Assembly (NCBI GenBank): GCA_035573615.1
Contig: DATMZQ010000007.1
Span: 1-28,602 of the forward strand
DNA from: Burkholderiales bacterium
Lineage (GTDB): Bacteria; Pseudomonadota; Gammaproteobacteria; Burkholderiales; JACQAP01
Length of the DNA stretch: 28,602 bases
Direction: 5' to 3'
In this document: positions 1-10,472 of the stretch, piece after piece
Layout: every line of letters begins with the position of its first letter
Position numbering within the stretch: the first letter of the stretch is position 1
The notes under the pieces: model-generated
What the model saw: only the letters and a program-made list of their open reading frames with translations
Database searches by the model: none
Told to the model about the DNA's origin: nothing
Program-made: the position numbers and the translations under genes

Positions 1-645
1 TCCTTCAAGGATGCATTCTGGGGATTGATGTTGGTGGTGATTGTCATGGGCGGAATTTATGGGGGCATATTTACGCCTACCGAAGCGGCCGCTGTAAGCG
101 CCGTCTACGCCTTTGTCGCTGCCGTGTTCATTTATCGCGGCCTTTCTCTGAGGCAGGTTCCAAAAGTCCTGCTTTCGGCGGCCAATACGAGCGCGATGCT
201 GCTCTACATTATTACCAACGCCATTCTGTTTTCTTTTTTCCTGACCTCAGAGCAGATTCCCCAAGCGCTCTCTCAGTGGGTGGTAGACCAGCATCTCTCG
301 GCATGGACGTTCCTGATTGCGGTAAATATTGCATTACTGGTGGCCGGCCAGTTCATGGAGCCCAGCTCCATAATCCTGATCCTGGCGCCCTTGCTGGTAC
401 CGATCGCGCGGAATCTGGGCGTAGATGCAATTCATCTTGGCGTCATCATGACGGTGAACATGGAGATCGGCATGATCCATCCACCCGTTGGATTGAATCT
501 GTTTGTTGCCAGCCATATCGCCAAAATGGGTTTGACTGAGGTGTCCATCGCGTGCCTGCCATGGGTCGTAGTGTTGCTTGCATATCTTGTTCTGATCACG
601 TACCTACCGGGTGTCTCGCTGTGGTTACCGAACCTGCTGTATTAG
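1..645 (+). CDS. dctM: TRAP transporter large permease subunit (DctM family), 5' truncated by window edge
   Basis: Frame is open from base 1 (SFKDAFWGLM...) to TAG at 643-645. The product is hydrophobic throughout and carries the DctM motifs GGIYGGIFTPTEAAAV and EIGMIHPPVGLNLFV. Substrate cannot be determined. Confidence 0.9.
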   Translation, partial: SFKDAFWGLMLVVIVMGGIYGGIFTPTEAAAVSAVYAFVAAVFIYRGLSLRQVPKVLLSAANTSAMLLYIITNAILFSFFLTSEQIPQALSQWVVDQHLSAWTFLIAVNIALLVAGQFMEPSSIILILAPLLVPIARNLGVDAIHLGVIMTVNMEIGMIHPPVGLNLFVASHIAKMGLTEVSIACLPWVVVLLAYLVLITYLPGVSLWLPNLLY

Positions 646-655
646 ACGATGTTCT

Positions 656-1198
656 TCAGCGCGGACCGACCACCACGGCGTCAATACCCAATTTTTTGGC
701 GCGCGCGATCGCCCGGTCGGCATCGTGCTTATTCCGGAAAGGACCCATTTGCACGCGTGTTTCCAGATGTGTCCTGATGCCGGCCTGCTGCAGTTGTTTT
801 TGCAAAGCCAGAGCGTTCGCAAGTGAATTGAATACGCCGGCCTGCACGATATAGGTCTTTGCTGGTGCGGCGGGGAGCGCACCAGCCCGCGGTGCGGTCC
901 CCGCTGCGCGAGGCGGAACCACCAGGGTTTCGCTATTGAGAATTTTCGGTGGCGCCGGCTCCGGCTGCGTTATCTTGGACATCGGTGTTTCAGAGCCGGG
1001 CACCGGCGTGGTAATGAGCGCTTGGGCGGGTTCGTGTGGAGCGGTTCCAATACCGGCGGGAATACCGGGCAAGTGCTTTACCAACGCCAGAGCGAGAATC
1101 GATACTCCAATCAGCGCGACCGCAATGATGAGCCGCCTGCCGTTCGGTGATTTGGCCGGTCGTCCCAAAACATCTGGCTGATTCGGATCGGGTGGCAT
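656..1198 (-). CDS. SPOR-domain membrane protein (DedD-like cell division/peptidoglycan-binding protein)
   Basis: N-terminal TM segment (RRLIIAVALIGVSILALAL), Pro/Ala-rich linker and C-terminal SPOR motifs (YIVQAGVFNS..NA, RVQMGPF). Start placed at ATG 1198 (MPPDPNQ); the ORF track extends to a TTG at 1312, so the start is uncertain. Confidence 0.8.
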   Translation of the reverse strand: MPPDPNQPDVLGRPAKSPNGRRLIIAVALIGVSILALALVKHLPGIPAGIGTAPHEPAQALITTPVPGSETPMSKITQPEPAPPKILNSETLVVPPRAAGTAPRAGALPAAPAKTYIVQAGVFNSLANALALQKQLQQAGIRTHLETRVQMGPFRNKHDADRAIARAKKLGIDAVVVGPR

Positions 1199-1317
1199 GT
1201 GCGCTGTCGCAAAATGGATGACCGATGCTAACACCGATTTTCGCGCGCTTCGTTTGCCGGATGCTGCACTTTGACTGCAACAGGAATCAGCCAAAGGAAA
1301 ACTCCAGGCCAAATTCG

Positions 1318-1346
1318 TTTCATTCGCTTTGGCGCCATGCTATTCT
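1318..1346 (+). promoter_or_regulatory. Candidate sigma70 promoter for the ndk operon
   Basis: TTTCAT (1318-1323), 17-nt spacer, then TATTCT (1341-1346) preceded by extended -10 TG (1338-1339). Followed by an AT-rich leader and GGAG SD before ndk. Confidence 0.5.
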
Positions 1347-1387
1347 TATGAATTAGCTTTGAAAAACAAAACCTTTTGGAGAAATTG

Positions 1388-1813
1388 ATGGCTGTTGAAC
1401 GAACTCTGTCAATCATTAAACCGGATGCGGTGGCAAAAAATGTGATCGGACAGATTTATTCCAGATTTGAACAGAGCGGATTGAAAATTGTCGCGGCGAA
1501 AATGATGCAATTGTCCCGCGGGGACGCTGAGGGATTTTATTCAGTACATCGGCAGCGGCCGTTTTTCAACGATCTGGTGAACTTCATGATCTCCGGCCCG
1601 GTCATGGTACAGGTGCTCGAAGGCGAAAGCGCCATACAGAAGAATCGCGATCTGATGGGCGCGACCGATCCAAAAAAAGCATCCAAAGGATCGATTCGCG
1701 CCGATTTCGCCGATAGCATCGACGCCAATGCCGTGCATGGTTCCGACGCTCCGCAAACTGCTGCAGTGGAGATCGCTTATTTTTTTCCTGCGTTTAACAT
1801 CTATTCACGCTGA
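1388..1813 (+). CDS. ndk: Nucleoside diphosphate kinase
   Basis: [15 protein letters not shown]-terminus, GATDP, and catalytic NAVHGSD motif; 141 aa; GGAG SD upstream of ATG 1388. Confidence 0.98.
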   Translation: MAVERTLSIIKPDAVAKNVIGQIYSRFEQSGLKIVAAKMMQLSRGDAEGFYSVHRQRPFFNDLVNFMISGPVMVQVLEGESAIQKNRDLMGATDPKKASKGSIRADFADSIDANAVHGSDAPQTAAVEIAYFFPAFNIYSR

Positions 1814-2898
1814 TGCCGGTTAACCTGCTCGAATTCGATGCGCAAGGCCTCGCGGCTTTTTTTGCTGAAATCGGCGAGAAGCCATTTCGCGCGAAGCAGG
1901 TAATGCGCTGGGTCCACCAGTTTGGACAGTCCGAGTTCGAGGGCATGAGTGATCTGTCGAAGGACTTGCGCGCGAAGCTTAAAACTGGCGCGACGGTGCA
2001 GTCGCCGTGCCTGCTTGACGATTCCACCGCATCCGATGGAACGCGCAAATGGCTCCTTGGCGTCGGCGCCGCCAATGGTATTGAAACTGTATTCATCCCT
2101 GAAACCGGCCGTGGAACGCTGTGCATTTCTTCGCAGGTCGGCTGCGCGCTCGAATGCGCCTTCTGTTCGACCGGGAGGCAGGGATTCAATCGTAACCTGA
2201 CAGTGGCTGAAATCATCGGGCAGCTGTGGTGGGCCAATCGCGCACTCGGGGCAGACCGACAGGGAGAGCGGATAATCAGCAATGTCGTCATGATGGGCAT
2301 GGGAGAACCGCTGGCCAATTTCGAAAATGTCGTATCGGCCATGAGGATCATGCTGGACGACAACGGTTACGGACTGTCGCGTCGACGCGTCACGGTGTCG
2401 ACGTCGGGTATGGTGCCGGCAATGGATAGACTCGCCGCGCAGCTGCCGGTCGCGCTCGCCGTTTCGCTGCACGCTCCTGACGACGCACTACGCAATCGCC
2501 TGGTGCCGATCAACAAGAAATATCCACTGAAGGAATTGATGGCTGCGTGCAAACGCTATATCAAGGTTGCACCGCGGGATTTCGTTACGTTTGAATATGT
2601 GATGCTCGACGGTGTCAACGATAGCGTGGACCAGGCCAGGCAGCTGGTGGCGCTGGTAAAAGGCGTGTCGTGCAAGTTCAATCTTATTCCGTTCAACCCG
2701 TTTCCGGATTCAGGCTTCGCACGTTCTTCACGAGATCGTATCGCAGCATTTCGCAATGTATTAATGGAGGCCGGGCTGGTCACGACGACGCGGAAAACCC
2801 GCGGCGAAGACATTGACGGCGCTTGCGGCCAACTGGCAGGCCGGGTGCAGGATCGGACGCAGCGTAAATCGCGCCGAACGATGGTGGCCCCTGCATGA
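1813..2898 (+). CDS. rlmN: 23S rRNA m2A2503/tRNA m2A37 radical-SAM methyltransferase
   Basis: [15 protein letters not shown] (CxxxCxxC), MGMGEP and DIDGACGQL motifs; TGATG overlap with ndk. Confidence 0.97.
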   Translation: MPVNLLEFDAQGLAAFFAEIGEKPFRAKQVMRWVHQFGQSEFEGMSDLSKDLRAKLKTGATVQSPCLLDDSTASDGTRKWLLGVGAANGIETVFIPETGRGTLCISSQVGCALECAFCSTGRQGFNRNLTVAEIIGQLWWANRALGADRQGERIISNVVMMGMGEPLANFENVVSAMRIMLDDNGYGLSRRRVTVSTSGMVPAMDRLAAQLPVALAVSLHAPDDALRNRLVPINKKYPLKELMAACKRYIKVAPRDFVTFEYVMLDGVNDSVDQARQLVALVKGVSCKFNLIPFNPFPDSGFARSSRDRIAAFRNVLMEAGLVTTTRKTRGEDIDGACGQLAGRVQDRTQRKSRRTMVAPA

Positions 2899-3659
2899 AG
2901 GTGGTATTTTTTCTTATCTTAACTGTCGCAGTTCTGGCCGGCTGCACGACCCATCCAACCAAATCAGAAACCGGTGAGCCGAGGAACGCCGCCGAAAATC
3001 GCGCTCGCATCCATACCGAACTGGGCGCAGCGTACTACGGTATCGGGCAGATGCCGGTTGCCATCCAGGAGCTCAAGGAGGCAATCAGTGCTGACCCGAA
3101 TTATGCCCCGGCACATAGCCAGCTCGGACTGGTCTACATGAGCCTGAAGGAAGATGCTTTGGCACAGCAATCCTTCGAGCGCGCGCTGAAGATTGACCCA
3201 AGTGACTCTTCCGCGAACAACAATTATGGAATGTTCCTGTGTCAGCGCAAACGCGAAAAAGAAGCCATGAAATATTTCGCCGCTGCGCTTAAGAATCCGC
3301 TCTACGGCTCGCCGGAAAACGCCTATACCAACGCCGGCATTTGTTTGCGCATGCAAGGGGACGACGCAAAGGCGGAGGAATGGCTACGCAAGGCACTGGC
3401 GCTGCAGCCGGACCAGTCCCTGGCGTTGTATCAATTGGCCGACATTTCATTCAAACGCAATGAGCTCATCGATGCGCGGACACTGCTGAACCGCCACATG
3501 CAAGTATCGACTCCGTCGGCGGAGGCCTTATGGCTTGGCGCGCGCATTGAGCAGCGTCTCGGTAATCGCACGGCCCTCGCCAGCTATGGCGCGCAACTGA
3601 ATAATCGTTATCCAGGTGCGTTGCAAACCAGATCATTCAATGAGGGAAAATTTCAGTGA
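2895..3659 (+). CDS. pilW: Type IV pilus biogenesis/stability TPR lipoprotein PilW (PilF in Pseudomonas)
   Basis: Lipobox LAGC, TPR-like repeats ([30 protein letters not shown]) and conserved position between rlmN and rodZ. Confidence 0.9.
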   Translation: MKVVFFLILTVAVLAGCTTHPTKSETGEPRNAAENRARIHTELGAAYYGIGQMPVAIQELKEAISADPNYAPAHSQLGLVYMSLKEDALAQQSFERALKIDPSDSSANNNYGMFLCQRKREKEAMKYFAAALKNPLYGSPENAYTNAGICLRMQGDDAKAEEWLRKALALQPDQSLALYQLADISFKRNELIDARTLLNRHMQVSTPSAEALWLGARIEQRLGNRTALASYGAQLNNRYPGALQTRSFNEGKFQ

Positions 3660-4633
3660 GTGGCACTGGCATGATGAACGAGCCTGCTCCGACGGCCGCT
3701 CCTTCCCCAACGCCCGGCGATCCGGGCGCGGCCGGCGCAACGCTGCTCAAGGAACGCCGGCGCCAGGGTTTGAGCCTCGGCGATATTTCGCGCCAACTTA
3801 AGCTTTCCGTGCGGCAAGTAGAAGCGCTGGAGCGTGACGATTATTCCGCATACAAAGGTCCGGTTTTTATCCACGGCTTCATTCGTAACTACGCCAAGCT
3901 TCTTGGTCTGGATCCGGAACCACTTATTCGCGCTGCCGACGCGCTGCTCAAGCCTCCAAGCGTCGCGTCGGCCGACTCAACAACGCAGCCCGAAGTGCTG
4001 CGGGCGCCTGGAAAGACCGGCAAATCGTTGCCCTGGGGCCTGATCGGCCTCGCGCTATTCGTGGGCATCGCAATATCGGTGTATTTTGGCGGGCGCCGCG
4101 CGCCGGACGCTGGACGCAACGCGCCAACCGCGGTGGTGCGCGACAATCTAAATTCCACGAAGAGCCATCCGGAAACAAGATCGGGCGGCGAAACCAGTCA
4201 ACCCAAGCCTCGCGTTGAAGTGACCAAGCCAACGCCCAAGTCAGCCGCTAAAGCTGATGCAAGGGCTGAGCCGAAGGCCAGGAGCGAATCTCCGACGCCC
4301 TCGGTAGAAACTCGCGTACCGGCAGAAACGAGCGTGCCGGCAGAAACGAGCGTGCCGGCAGAAACTGGTGGACCGATTGCGGTAGATGAATCGGAACGCC
4401 TGACGGTGAGAATGATTTTTGAACAGGATTCCTGGGTTGAGATTAAGGATCGCGCCGGTAATACAATTTTCGGACAACTCAATTCCGCAGGCACCCGTCG
4501 CAGTGTTAGCGGGGAACGGCCGCTTACGGTAGTAGTCGGCAATGCCGCGGGTGTGCGTCTGTTTCAGGGTGACAAAAGCATCGACCTTGCTCCGTACACG
4601 AGGGTCGATGTTGCGCGACTAACGCTGGAGTAA
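3656..4633 (+). CDS. rodZ: Cytoskeleton protein RodZ (HTH - TM - linker - DUF4115-like C-terminal domain)
   Basis: N-terminal HTH (LSLGDISRQLKLSVRQVEALE...FIRNYAKLLGLD), one TM helix, and C-terminal FEQDSWVEIKD...VGNAAGV...VARLTL. Start is GTG 3656 (GTGA overlap) or ATG 3671/3674. Confidence 0.9.
   Translation: MSGTGMMNEPAPTAAPSPTPGDPGAAGATLLKERRRQGLSLGDISRQLKLSVRQVEALERDDYSAYKGPVFIHGFIRNYAKLLGLDPEPLIRAADALLKPPSVASADSTTQPEVLRAPGKTGKSLPWGLIGLALFVGIAISVYFGGRRAPDAGRNAPTAVVRDNLNSTKSHPETRSGGETSQPKPRVEVTKPTPKSAAKADARAEPKARSESPTPSVETRVPAETSVPAETSVPAETGGPIAVDESERLTVRMIFEQDSWVEIKDRAGNTIFGQLNSAGTRRSVSGERPLTVVVGNAAGVRLFQGDKSIDLAPYTRVDVARLTLE
4301..4365 (+). repeat. 18-bp in-frame tandem repeat within rodZ
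   Basis: CCGGCAGAAACGAGCGTG at 4319-4336 and 4337-4354, an 11-nt partial third copy at 4355-4365, and a degenerate copy at 4301-4318; encodes SVETRV-PAETSV-PAETSV-PAET. Confidence 0.9.
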
Positions 4634-4645
4634 CATCGTTCTGCC

Positions 4646-5917
4646 ATGTCTGGTAATTTTGTTCTTCGTCACCAAACGCGCCTCGTGCGTATCGCCGGCA
4701 TTCCGGTAGGAGGTGGCGCCCCGGTCGTCGTGCAGTCGATGACTAATACCGATACTGCGGACGCAAGCGCGACGGCGCAACAAGTCCGGACGCTTGCGGA
4801 GGCCGGATCTGAGTTGGTGCGAATCACGGTAAACAGCGCAGAAGCGGCAGCCGCTGTCCCGCAAATTCGCAATATCCTGGAACGCGACCGGTGCCGTGTG
4901 CCGCTGATTGGCGATTTCCATTTCAATGGCCACAAGCTGCTGAAGCAGTTTCCGGAATGCGCTCAGGTTCTGGACAAGTACCGGATAAATCCTGGTAATG
5001 TCGGCCGGGGCTCCAAGCGGGATGAGCAATTCGCTACGATGATTGAAACCGCGTGCCGCTATGGCAAACCGGTGCGAATCGGTGTTAATTGGGGAAGCCT
5101 TGATCCCGACCTGCTCGGCCGCATGATGGACGACAACGCTCGTCTGTCAGAGCCGCAAGAAGCGGCCGCGGTCATGAGGGAAGCTTTGATTGTTTCGGCC
5201 TTGCAAAACGCGCTCAAGGCAGAAGAGATCGGCCTGCCGGGCGATCGCATCGTATTGTCCTGCAAAGTGAGCGGCGTGCAAGACTTGATCGCGGTCTATC
5301 GCGACTTGGCCGCGCGTTGTGATTATCCGTTACATCTCGGCCTGACTGAAGCAGGCATGGGTTCGAAGGGCATCGTAGCCTCCACCGCGGCGCTCGCTGT
5401 CCTTCTCCAGGAAGGCATTGGCGACACGATTCGCATTTCTCTCACACCGGATCCGGGCGGAGACCGATCGCGTGAGGTCGTTGTGGCTCAGGAAATCCTG
5501 CAGACCATGGGGCTGCGGTCTTTCACGCCAATGGTTATTGCCTGTCCAGGCTGCGGGCGCACGACAAGTACGGTCTTCCAGGAACTTGCCGAAAAGATCC
5601 AGGCCCATCTGCGTCAGCAGATGCCGGTCTGGCGCGTTAAATATCCGGGTGTGGAAGACATGCGTGTGGCTGTGATGGGTTGTGTCGTGAACGGGCCCGG
5701 CGAAAGCAAACACGCCAATATTGGGATCAGTTTGCCGGGTTCGGGCGAAACGCCCGTTGCACCAGTATTCGTCGACGGGATAAAAACGGTGACGCTCAAG
5801 GGTGAGCATATCGCCGAAGAATTTCACCGGCTGGTGGACGCCTATGTTGCCAGTCGTTTTGGGCGCAACCCATCCGCGGCGGCAAACAGCGATGAGTCCG
5901 CTCGGGCGCTCGGCTGA
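4646..5917 (+). CDS. ispG: 4-hydroxy-3-methylbut-2-en-1-yl diphosphate synthase (flavodoxin)
   Basis: [33 protein letters not shown], and [4Fe-4S] ligands CPGCGRT and [10 protein letters not shown]. Confidence 0.98.
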   Translation: MSGNFVLRHQTRLVRIAGIPVGGGAPVVVQSMTNTDTADASATAQQVRTLAEAGSELVRITVNSAEAAAAVPQIRNILERDRCRVPLIGDFHFNGHKLLKQFPECAQVLDKYRINPGNVGRGSKRDEQFATMIETACRYGKPVRIGVNWGSLDPDLLGRMMDDNARLSEPQEAAAVMREALIVSALQNALKAEEIGLPGDRIVLSCKVSGVQDLIAVYRDLAARCDYPLHLGLTEAGMGSKGIVASTAALAVLLQEGIGDTIRISLTPDPGGDRSREVVVAQEILQTMGLRSFTPMVIACPGCGRTTSTVFQELAEKIQAHLRQQMPVWRVKYPGVEDMRVAVMGCVVNGPGESKHANIGISLPGSGETPVAPVFVDGIKTVTLKGEHIAEEFHRLVDAYVASRFGRNPSAAANSDESARALG

Positions 5918-5948
5918 AGCGCGTCCACCTCTAGACTCCAAGTTTCAC

Positions 5949-7208
5949 ATGGCGCAAACAATTAGAGCTGTCCGCGGGATGAACGACGCCCTGCCGGATC
6001 AGACACCGCTTTGGGAGTTTTTCGAAGACACGGTGCGTGCGTGGCTTGCGCAATACGGTTATCGCAATATTCGCATGCCGATCCTGGAAAAAACCGAACT
6101 CTTCGTGCGCTCCATCGGCGAGGTCACCGACATCGTCGAGAAGGAAATGTACACCTTTGTGGATCAGCTTAATGGTGAGAGTCTTACGCTGCGCCCCGAG
6201 GGCACTGCTTCCTGCGTACGCGCTGTGATCGAGCACAACTTGCTTTATAGCGGCGCTCAACGGCTGTTCTACATGGGGCCAATGTTTCGCCACGAGCGTC
6301 CGCAACAAGGCCGCTATCGTCAGTTTCATCAGGTGGGTGTCGAGGCGCTTGGTTTTCCCGGGCCGGACGTCGATGTGGAGCACATGGCCATGGGAGCGGA
6401 TCTCTGGCGGCGACTGGGACTGGAAGGGCTCCAGCTTGAGATCAATACGCTGGGCAACACGACTTCGCGAGGCTTGCATCGCGCAGAGTTGATTGCTTAT
6501 CTGGAGCGACATGCGGCGTCGCTCGACGACGATGCACGCCGGCGTCTTCACAGTAACCCATTACGCGTGCTGGACAGCAAGAACCCGGCCCTGCAGGACG
6601 TCATTGCGGCTGCGCCCAGGCTTGCCGACTATCTTGATGACGCGTCGCGGGCATATTTCGACGCGTTGCAGGGGCTGTTGAAAAACGCCGGTATAGATTT
6701 CGTTGTAAATGGGCGTCTGGTGCGCGGGCTGGACTATTACAATGACGTCGTTTACGAATGGACGACTAGCCGGCTTGGCGCGCAGGGCACGGTTTGCGCT
6801 GGCGGGCGATACGACAGCCTGATCGCACAAATCGGCGGTAAGGCGGCGCCGGCATGCGGTTTTGCAATGGGAATCGAAAGAGTTCTTGCGCTGCTCGAAC
6901 CTGCCCGGATTCCCGCCCGTGCTGCGGATGTCTATGTCGTTCATAGCGGCGAAGCGGCCAGCCCTTTTGCCTGGAACGTCGCTGCTTTATTGCGCCGGCG
7001 TGGGCTTGCGGTCGTGTTTCATTGCGGCGGCGGCAGCTTCAAGTCCCAGATGAAACGTGCCGATGCAAGCGGTGCGCTGTTTGCACTGATCGTTGGAGAT
7101 GATGAAGCGCGCAAACAAATCGTTTCTCTCAAACCGATGCGCAAAGCGGGAGAGCAGGTTCAGGCGGATCCGGAACAGGCGGCAACCCTGATAATCAATA
7201 ATCGTTGA
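5949..7208 (+). CDS. hisS: Histidyl-tRNA synthetase
   Basis: [13 protein letters not shown] start, [40 protein letters not shown] and a C-terminal anticodon-binding domain; 419 aa from ATG 5949. Confidence 0.97.
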   Translation: MAQTIRAVRGMNDALPDQTPLWEFFEDTVRAWLAQYGYRNIRMPILEKTELFVRSIGEVTDIVEKEMYTFVDQLNGESLTLRPEGTASCVRAVIEHNLLYSGAQRLFYMGPMFRHERPQQGRYRQFHQVGVEALGFPGPDVDVEHMAMGADLWRRLGLEGLQLEINTLGNTTSRGLHRAELIAYLERHAASLDDDARRRLHSNPLRVLDSKNPALQDVIAAAPRLADYLDDASRAYFDALQGLLKNAGIDFVVNGRLVRGLDYYNDVVYEWTTSRLGAQGTVCAGGRYDSLIAQIGGKAAPACGFAMGIERVLALLEPARIPARAADVYVVHSGEAASPFAWNVAALLRRRGLAVVFHCGGGSFKSQMKRADASGALFALIVGDDEARKQIVSLKPMRKAGEQVQADPEQAATLIINNR

Positions 7209-7233
7209 TCAATCACCATAGAAAAACTCCGAC

Positions 7234-7869
7234 ATGGCATTCGATCTTGAAGAGCAGGAACAGATAGCCGAACTCAAGCAGTTCTGGAAACAATACGGCA
7301 AGCTTATTGTCACGGTTGCAGTGGCGGCGTTGCTCGCCTTCGCAGCCATGCAAGGCTGGCGTTATTACAAAAATATCGAATCCCAGCAGGCATCCGCCCT
7401 GTTCACGAAATTTGCGGAAGCTGTGCGCAAGAATGACGTGAAAGATATCCGCGAGTTGGGCCAACAGGTCATGGATAAATTTGGCTCGACGGCGTACGGG
7501 CCAACTGCGGCGCTGCTGCTCGCTAAAACGAATTTTGAAAACGGGGAGCCCTCTGCCGCCGCCGGAGAATTGCAATGGGCGATCGACCATGCCAAGGATG
7601 TCGAAACCGCGGAGCTTGCCCGGCTGAGGCTCGCGAGCATCCGGCTGGACGAGAAGAAATACGAGGAGGCGCTCAAACTGCTCGAGACAAAGCACAGCCC
7701 AGCCATGGAAACCTTGTATGCCGACCTGCGCGGCGATGTAATGCTCGCGCAAGGGAAACCCGCGGAGGCCCGCGCCGCTTATAAAGCCGCAATTGACAAG
7801 AGCTTGCCAAACAGCACATATCGCAGCGTTGTCCAAATCAAGCTTGATGCGCTCGGAAGCAATAAGTGA
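7234..7869 (+). CDS. yfgM: Ancillary SecYEG translocon subunit / TPR membrane protein YfgM
   Basis: DLEEQEQIAELKQFWKQYG, single TM, ARLRLA, GDVMLAQG; conserved position between hisS and bamB. Confidence 0.9.
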   Translation: MAFDLEEQEQIAELKQFWKQYGKLIVTVAVAALLAFAAMQGWRYYKNIESQQASALFTKFAEAVRKNDVKDIRELGQQVMDKFGSTAYGPTAALLLAKTNFENGEPSAAAGELQWAIDHAKDVETAELARLRLASIRLDEKKYEEALKLLETKHSPAMETLYADLRGDVMLAQGKPAEARAAYKAAIDKSLPNSTYRSVVQIKLDALGSNK

Positions 7870-8996
7870 CCCGATTGAAACTTCGGCTTGCCATAGCGTT
7901 TTTGTTTGTCACATTGCTCGGCGCTTGCGCCAGCAAAGGTCCCGAACCAGCCAGGCTGGTTGAGTTCAAGCCTTCCGCGAAACTCAAGGTCGCCTGGAAA
8001 ATAAATGTGGGAGAAGCCGGTTATTACATCTTCACACCTGCAATCTATGGCGACAGCGTTTTTGCCGCCAGCAACCGCGGTGATTTGCTGCGCCTCAATG
8101 CGTCGAACGGCAAGACGATCTGGCGTGTGGATACCAAGGCTCCGCTCTCCGGCGGCGTGGGAATCGGAGAGAACATGGTGTTGGTTGGCACCGCAAAGGG
8201 ATCCGTTCTCGCCTATGATTTGCAGGGCAAACCACTGTGGCAGGCGAGGATCTCCAGCGAGGTGCTCAGTGCCCCGCAGGCCGCTGGGGAATTTGTCATC
8301 GTGCGCAGTGGCGACAGTCGTATTTTCGGTCTGGACGCGCGCAACGGCGCACGCCGATGGGAGTACCAGACGACGCCGCCGCCCCTGACGTTGCGCGCCA
8401 ATCCAGGGGTGATGGTGATTGAAAATTTCGTCATTGCGGGCATGCCGGCCGGGAAGTTGATCGTGCTGAACATCGCCAACGGCGGCCTTGTATGGGAAAC
8501 CGTCGTGGCGGCGCCGAAGGGAGACAACGAGCTTGAGCGCATCACGGATATTGCCGGACCGCCGCTGGTGGAGGCGGGCCGGGTTTGCGCGGCTACATTC
8601 CAGGGCAGGGCCGCGTGCTACGAAACGCAGAAGGGCGGCCAGTTATGGGCGCGTCCTGCCTCGAGCATAGGCAGTCTCGCCACGGATGATCTGAGCGTGT
8701 ATCTGTCAGAGGACACCGGCTCCGTGGTTGCGCTTGACAGGAATAGCGGGGCAAGCGTTTGGAAACAGGACAAGCTCGCCTACCGCAATGTCAGCGCGCC
8801 GCTTGCGACAAAGGACTATATCGTCGTCGGCGATTTCGAGGGTCAGGTGCATTTCCTGAAATTCGAAGATGGGTCATTCGCCGCGCGTCTGCCAACTGAC
8901 GGTGGCGGCATAGCGACCGCGCCCAAATTGCTTGGCGACAAGGTGCTGGTGCAAACACGCAACGGCGGGCTTTTCGCAATTGCCTTTGCAAAATAG
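7866..8996 (+). CDS. bamB: Outer membrane protein assembly factor BamB (beta-propeller lipoprotein)
   Basis: GTG start, lipobox LGAC, repeated G...W PQQ-like propeller blades and the ELERITDI motif. Confidence 0.95.
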   Translation: MTRLKLRLAIAFLFVTLLGACASKGPEPARLVEFKPSAKLKVAWKINVGEAGYYIFTPAIYGDSVFAASNRGDLLRLNASNGKTIWRVDTKAPLSGGVGIGENMVLVGTAKGSVLAYDLQGKPLWQARISSEVLSAPQAAGEFVIVRSGDSRIFGLDARNGARRWEYQTTPPPLTLRANPGVMVIENFVIAGMPAGKLIVLNIANGGLVWETVVAAPKGDNELERITDIAGPPLVEAGRVCAATFQGRAACYETQKGGQLWARPASSIGSLATDDLSVYLSEDTGSVVALDRNSGASVWKQDKLAYRNVSAPLATKDYIVVGDFEGQVHFLKFEDGSFAARLPTDGGGIATAPKLLGDKVLVQTRNGGLFAIAFAK

Positions 8997-9050
8997 CCGC
9001 AACCGCTCGTCAGGCTGACACGCACGCCTCGCGCTTTCCGGAATGCCAAA

Positions 9051-10388
9051 GTGAATCCAACCATTGTGCTGGTCGGCCGGCCTAATGTCGGCAAGTCGAC
9101 GCTCTTCAACCGAATGACGCGTTCGCGCCAGGCACTGGTGGCCGATATTCCAGGCCTTACCCGGGATCGCCATTACGGCCATGGCGAAGCCGGAGGCAAA
9201 TCGTATCTGGTCGTGGACACCGGCGGCTTCGAACCGGTAGCAAAGGATGGAATTTACAAGGAAATGGCACGCCAGACACGTCAGGCGGTAGACGAAGCAG
9301 ACGCGGTACTGCTGCTCGTGGACGCTCGCCAGGGCCTGACGCCCCTGGACCGGCAGATAGCCGCGGAACTACGCAAGACTGCGCGCAAGTTATTGCTGGT
9401 GGTGAACAAGGCGGAAGGTCTGGCACACGAAACGGCCGCCGCTGAATTTCACGAGCTGGGCCTCGGTGAGCCACTGACCATATCGGCATCGCACGGCGAA
9501 GGCGTGCGTGACCTGGTGGATTTCGTTCTCGAGGAATTCAATCCAGACGATGCCGCTACACCGCCGCAGGCGCAGCATCCGAGAATAGCGGTCGTCGGGC
9601 GGCCGAACGTCGGCAAATCCACGCTGGTCAATACGGTGCTCGGCGAAGAACGGGTGATCGCGTACGATAAACCCGGAACCACGCGCGACAGCATATCCAT
9701 CGACTTCGAGCGTAATGGGCGGTTTTATACGCTCATCGATACCGCTGGCGTGCGCCGGCGAGGCAGCGTGGAAGACGTCGCCGAAAAATATTCCGTTGTG
9801 AAAACAATGCAGGCGATCGAAGATTGCAATGTCGTCATGCTGGTGCTGGATGTCACACAGGAGATTTCCGATCAGGATGCACATCTGGCCGGATTCATTC
9901 TTGAAGCCGGCCGCGCGCTTGTCGTTGCAATAAATAAATGGGACGCGGCAAATGCAGAGGCACGCGAGAAGGCCAAGCGGGACTATGGCCGCAAACTGAA
10001 TTTCCTCGATTTTGCAGCGGTGCATTACATTTCCGCGCGCACCGGTACCGGCGTTAGCGCGCTGCTGAACTCCGCCAATGCCGCCTATGCGGCCGCCATG
10101 TCAAAGTTGCCAACGCCGAAGCTCACAAGGGTATTGCTCGCTGCAGTGCAAAAACAGTCGCCACCGCGTTCCGGCGTTTCTCGGCCAAAACTTCGCTATG
10201 CCCACCAGGGCGGCATGAATCCTCCACTAATAATGATTCATGGCAATGGGTTGAGTCAGGTCCCGGACAGCTACCGCCGTTACCTGGAACGCACGTTCAT
10301 GGCTGCTTTTGAACTCCGCGGCACTCCCGTCAAGGTACTGTTCAAGCACCAGACCCGTAACCCCTTTGCAGGTCGCAGCAGGAACTGA
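9051..10388 (+). CDS. der: Ribosome biogenesis GTPase Der (EngA)
   Basis: Two tandem G-domains, each with [16 protein letters not shown] and NKAE/NKWD, then a KH-like C-terminus ([10 protein letters not shown]); GTG start. Confidence 0.98.
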   Translation: MNPTIVLVGRPNVGKSTLFNRMTRSRQALVADIPGLTRDRHYGHGEAGGKSYLVVDTGGFEPVAKDGIYKEMARQTRQAVDEADAVLLLVDARQGLTPLDRQIAAELRKTARKLLLVVNKAEGLAHETAAAEFHELGLGEPLTISASHGEGVRDLVDFVLEEFNPDDAATPPQAQHPRIAVVGRPNVGKSTLVNTVLGEERVIAYDKPGTTRDSISIDFERNGRFYTLIDTAGVRRRGSVEDVAEKYSVVKTMQAIEDCNVVMLVLDVTQEISDQDAHLAGFILEAGRALVVAINKWDAANAEAREKAKRDYGRKLNFLDFAAVHYISARTGTGVSALLNSANAAYAAAMSKLPTPKLTRVLLAAVQKQSPPRSGVSRPKLRYAHQGGMNPPLIMIHGNGLSQVPDSYRRYLERTFMAAFELRGTPVKVLFKHQTRNPFAGRSRN

Positions 10389-10472
10389 TTCCGCCGTGTT
10401 TCCGCTGGATGGTATTGAATCTGAAAATCCAGTACAGTAAACATGGGTCAAAAAATAAAATAAGGAGCAGCC

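Noticed and set aside
1329-1346. sigma54 promoter upstream of ndk (TTGGC...)
   Set aside because: There is no GC at the required -12 position.
4301-4365. rodZ repeat as a mini-CRISPR
   Set aside because: The units are directly adjacent with no spacers, 18 nt long and in frame within a coding linker.
5802-5948. Upstream extensions of hisS, and likewise of ndk (1376), pyrH (21867), cdsA (23963) and dxr (24793)
   Set aside because: These are longest-ORF artefacts, overlapping the preceding gene in every case except ndk. Family-typical N-termini start at 5949, 1388, 21978, 24107 and 24931.
10381-10430. sigmaE promoter upstream of hfq (GGAACT ... TCTGA)
   Set aside because: The two elements are more than 30 nt apart, not the required 16 or so.
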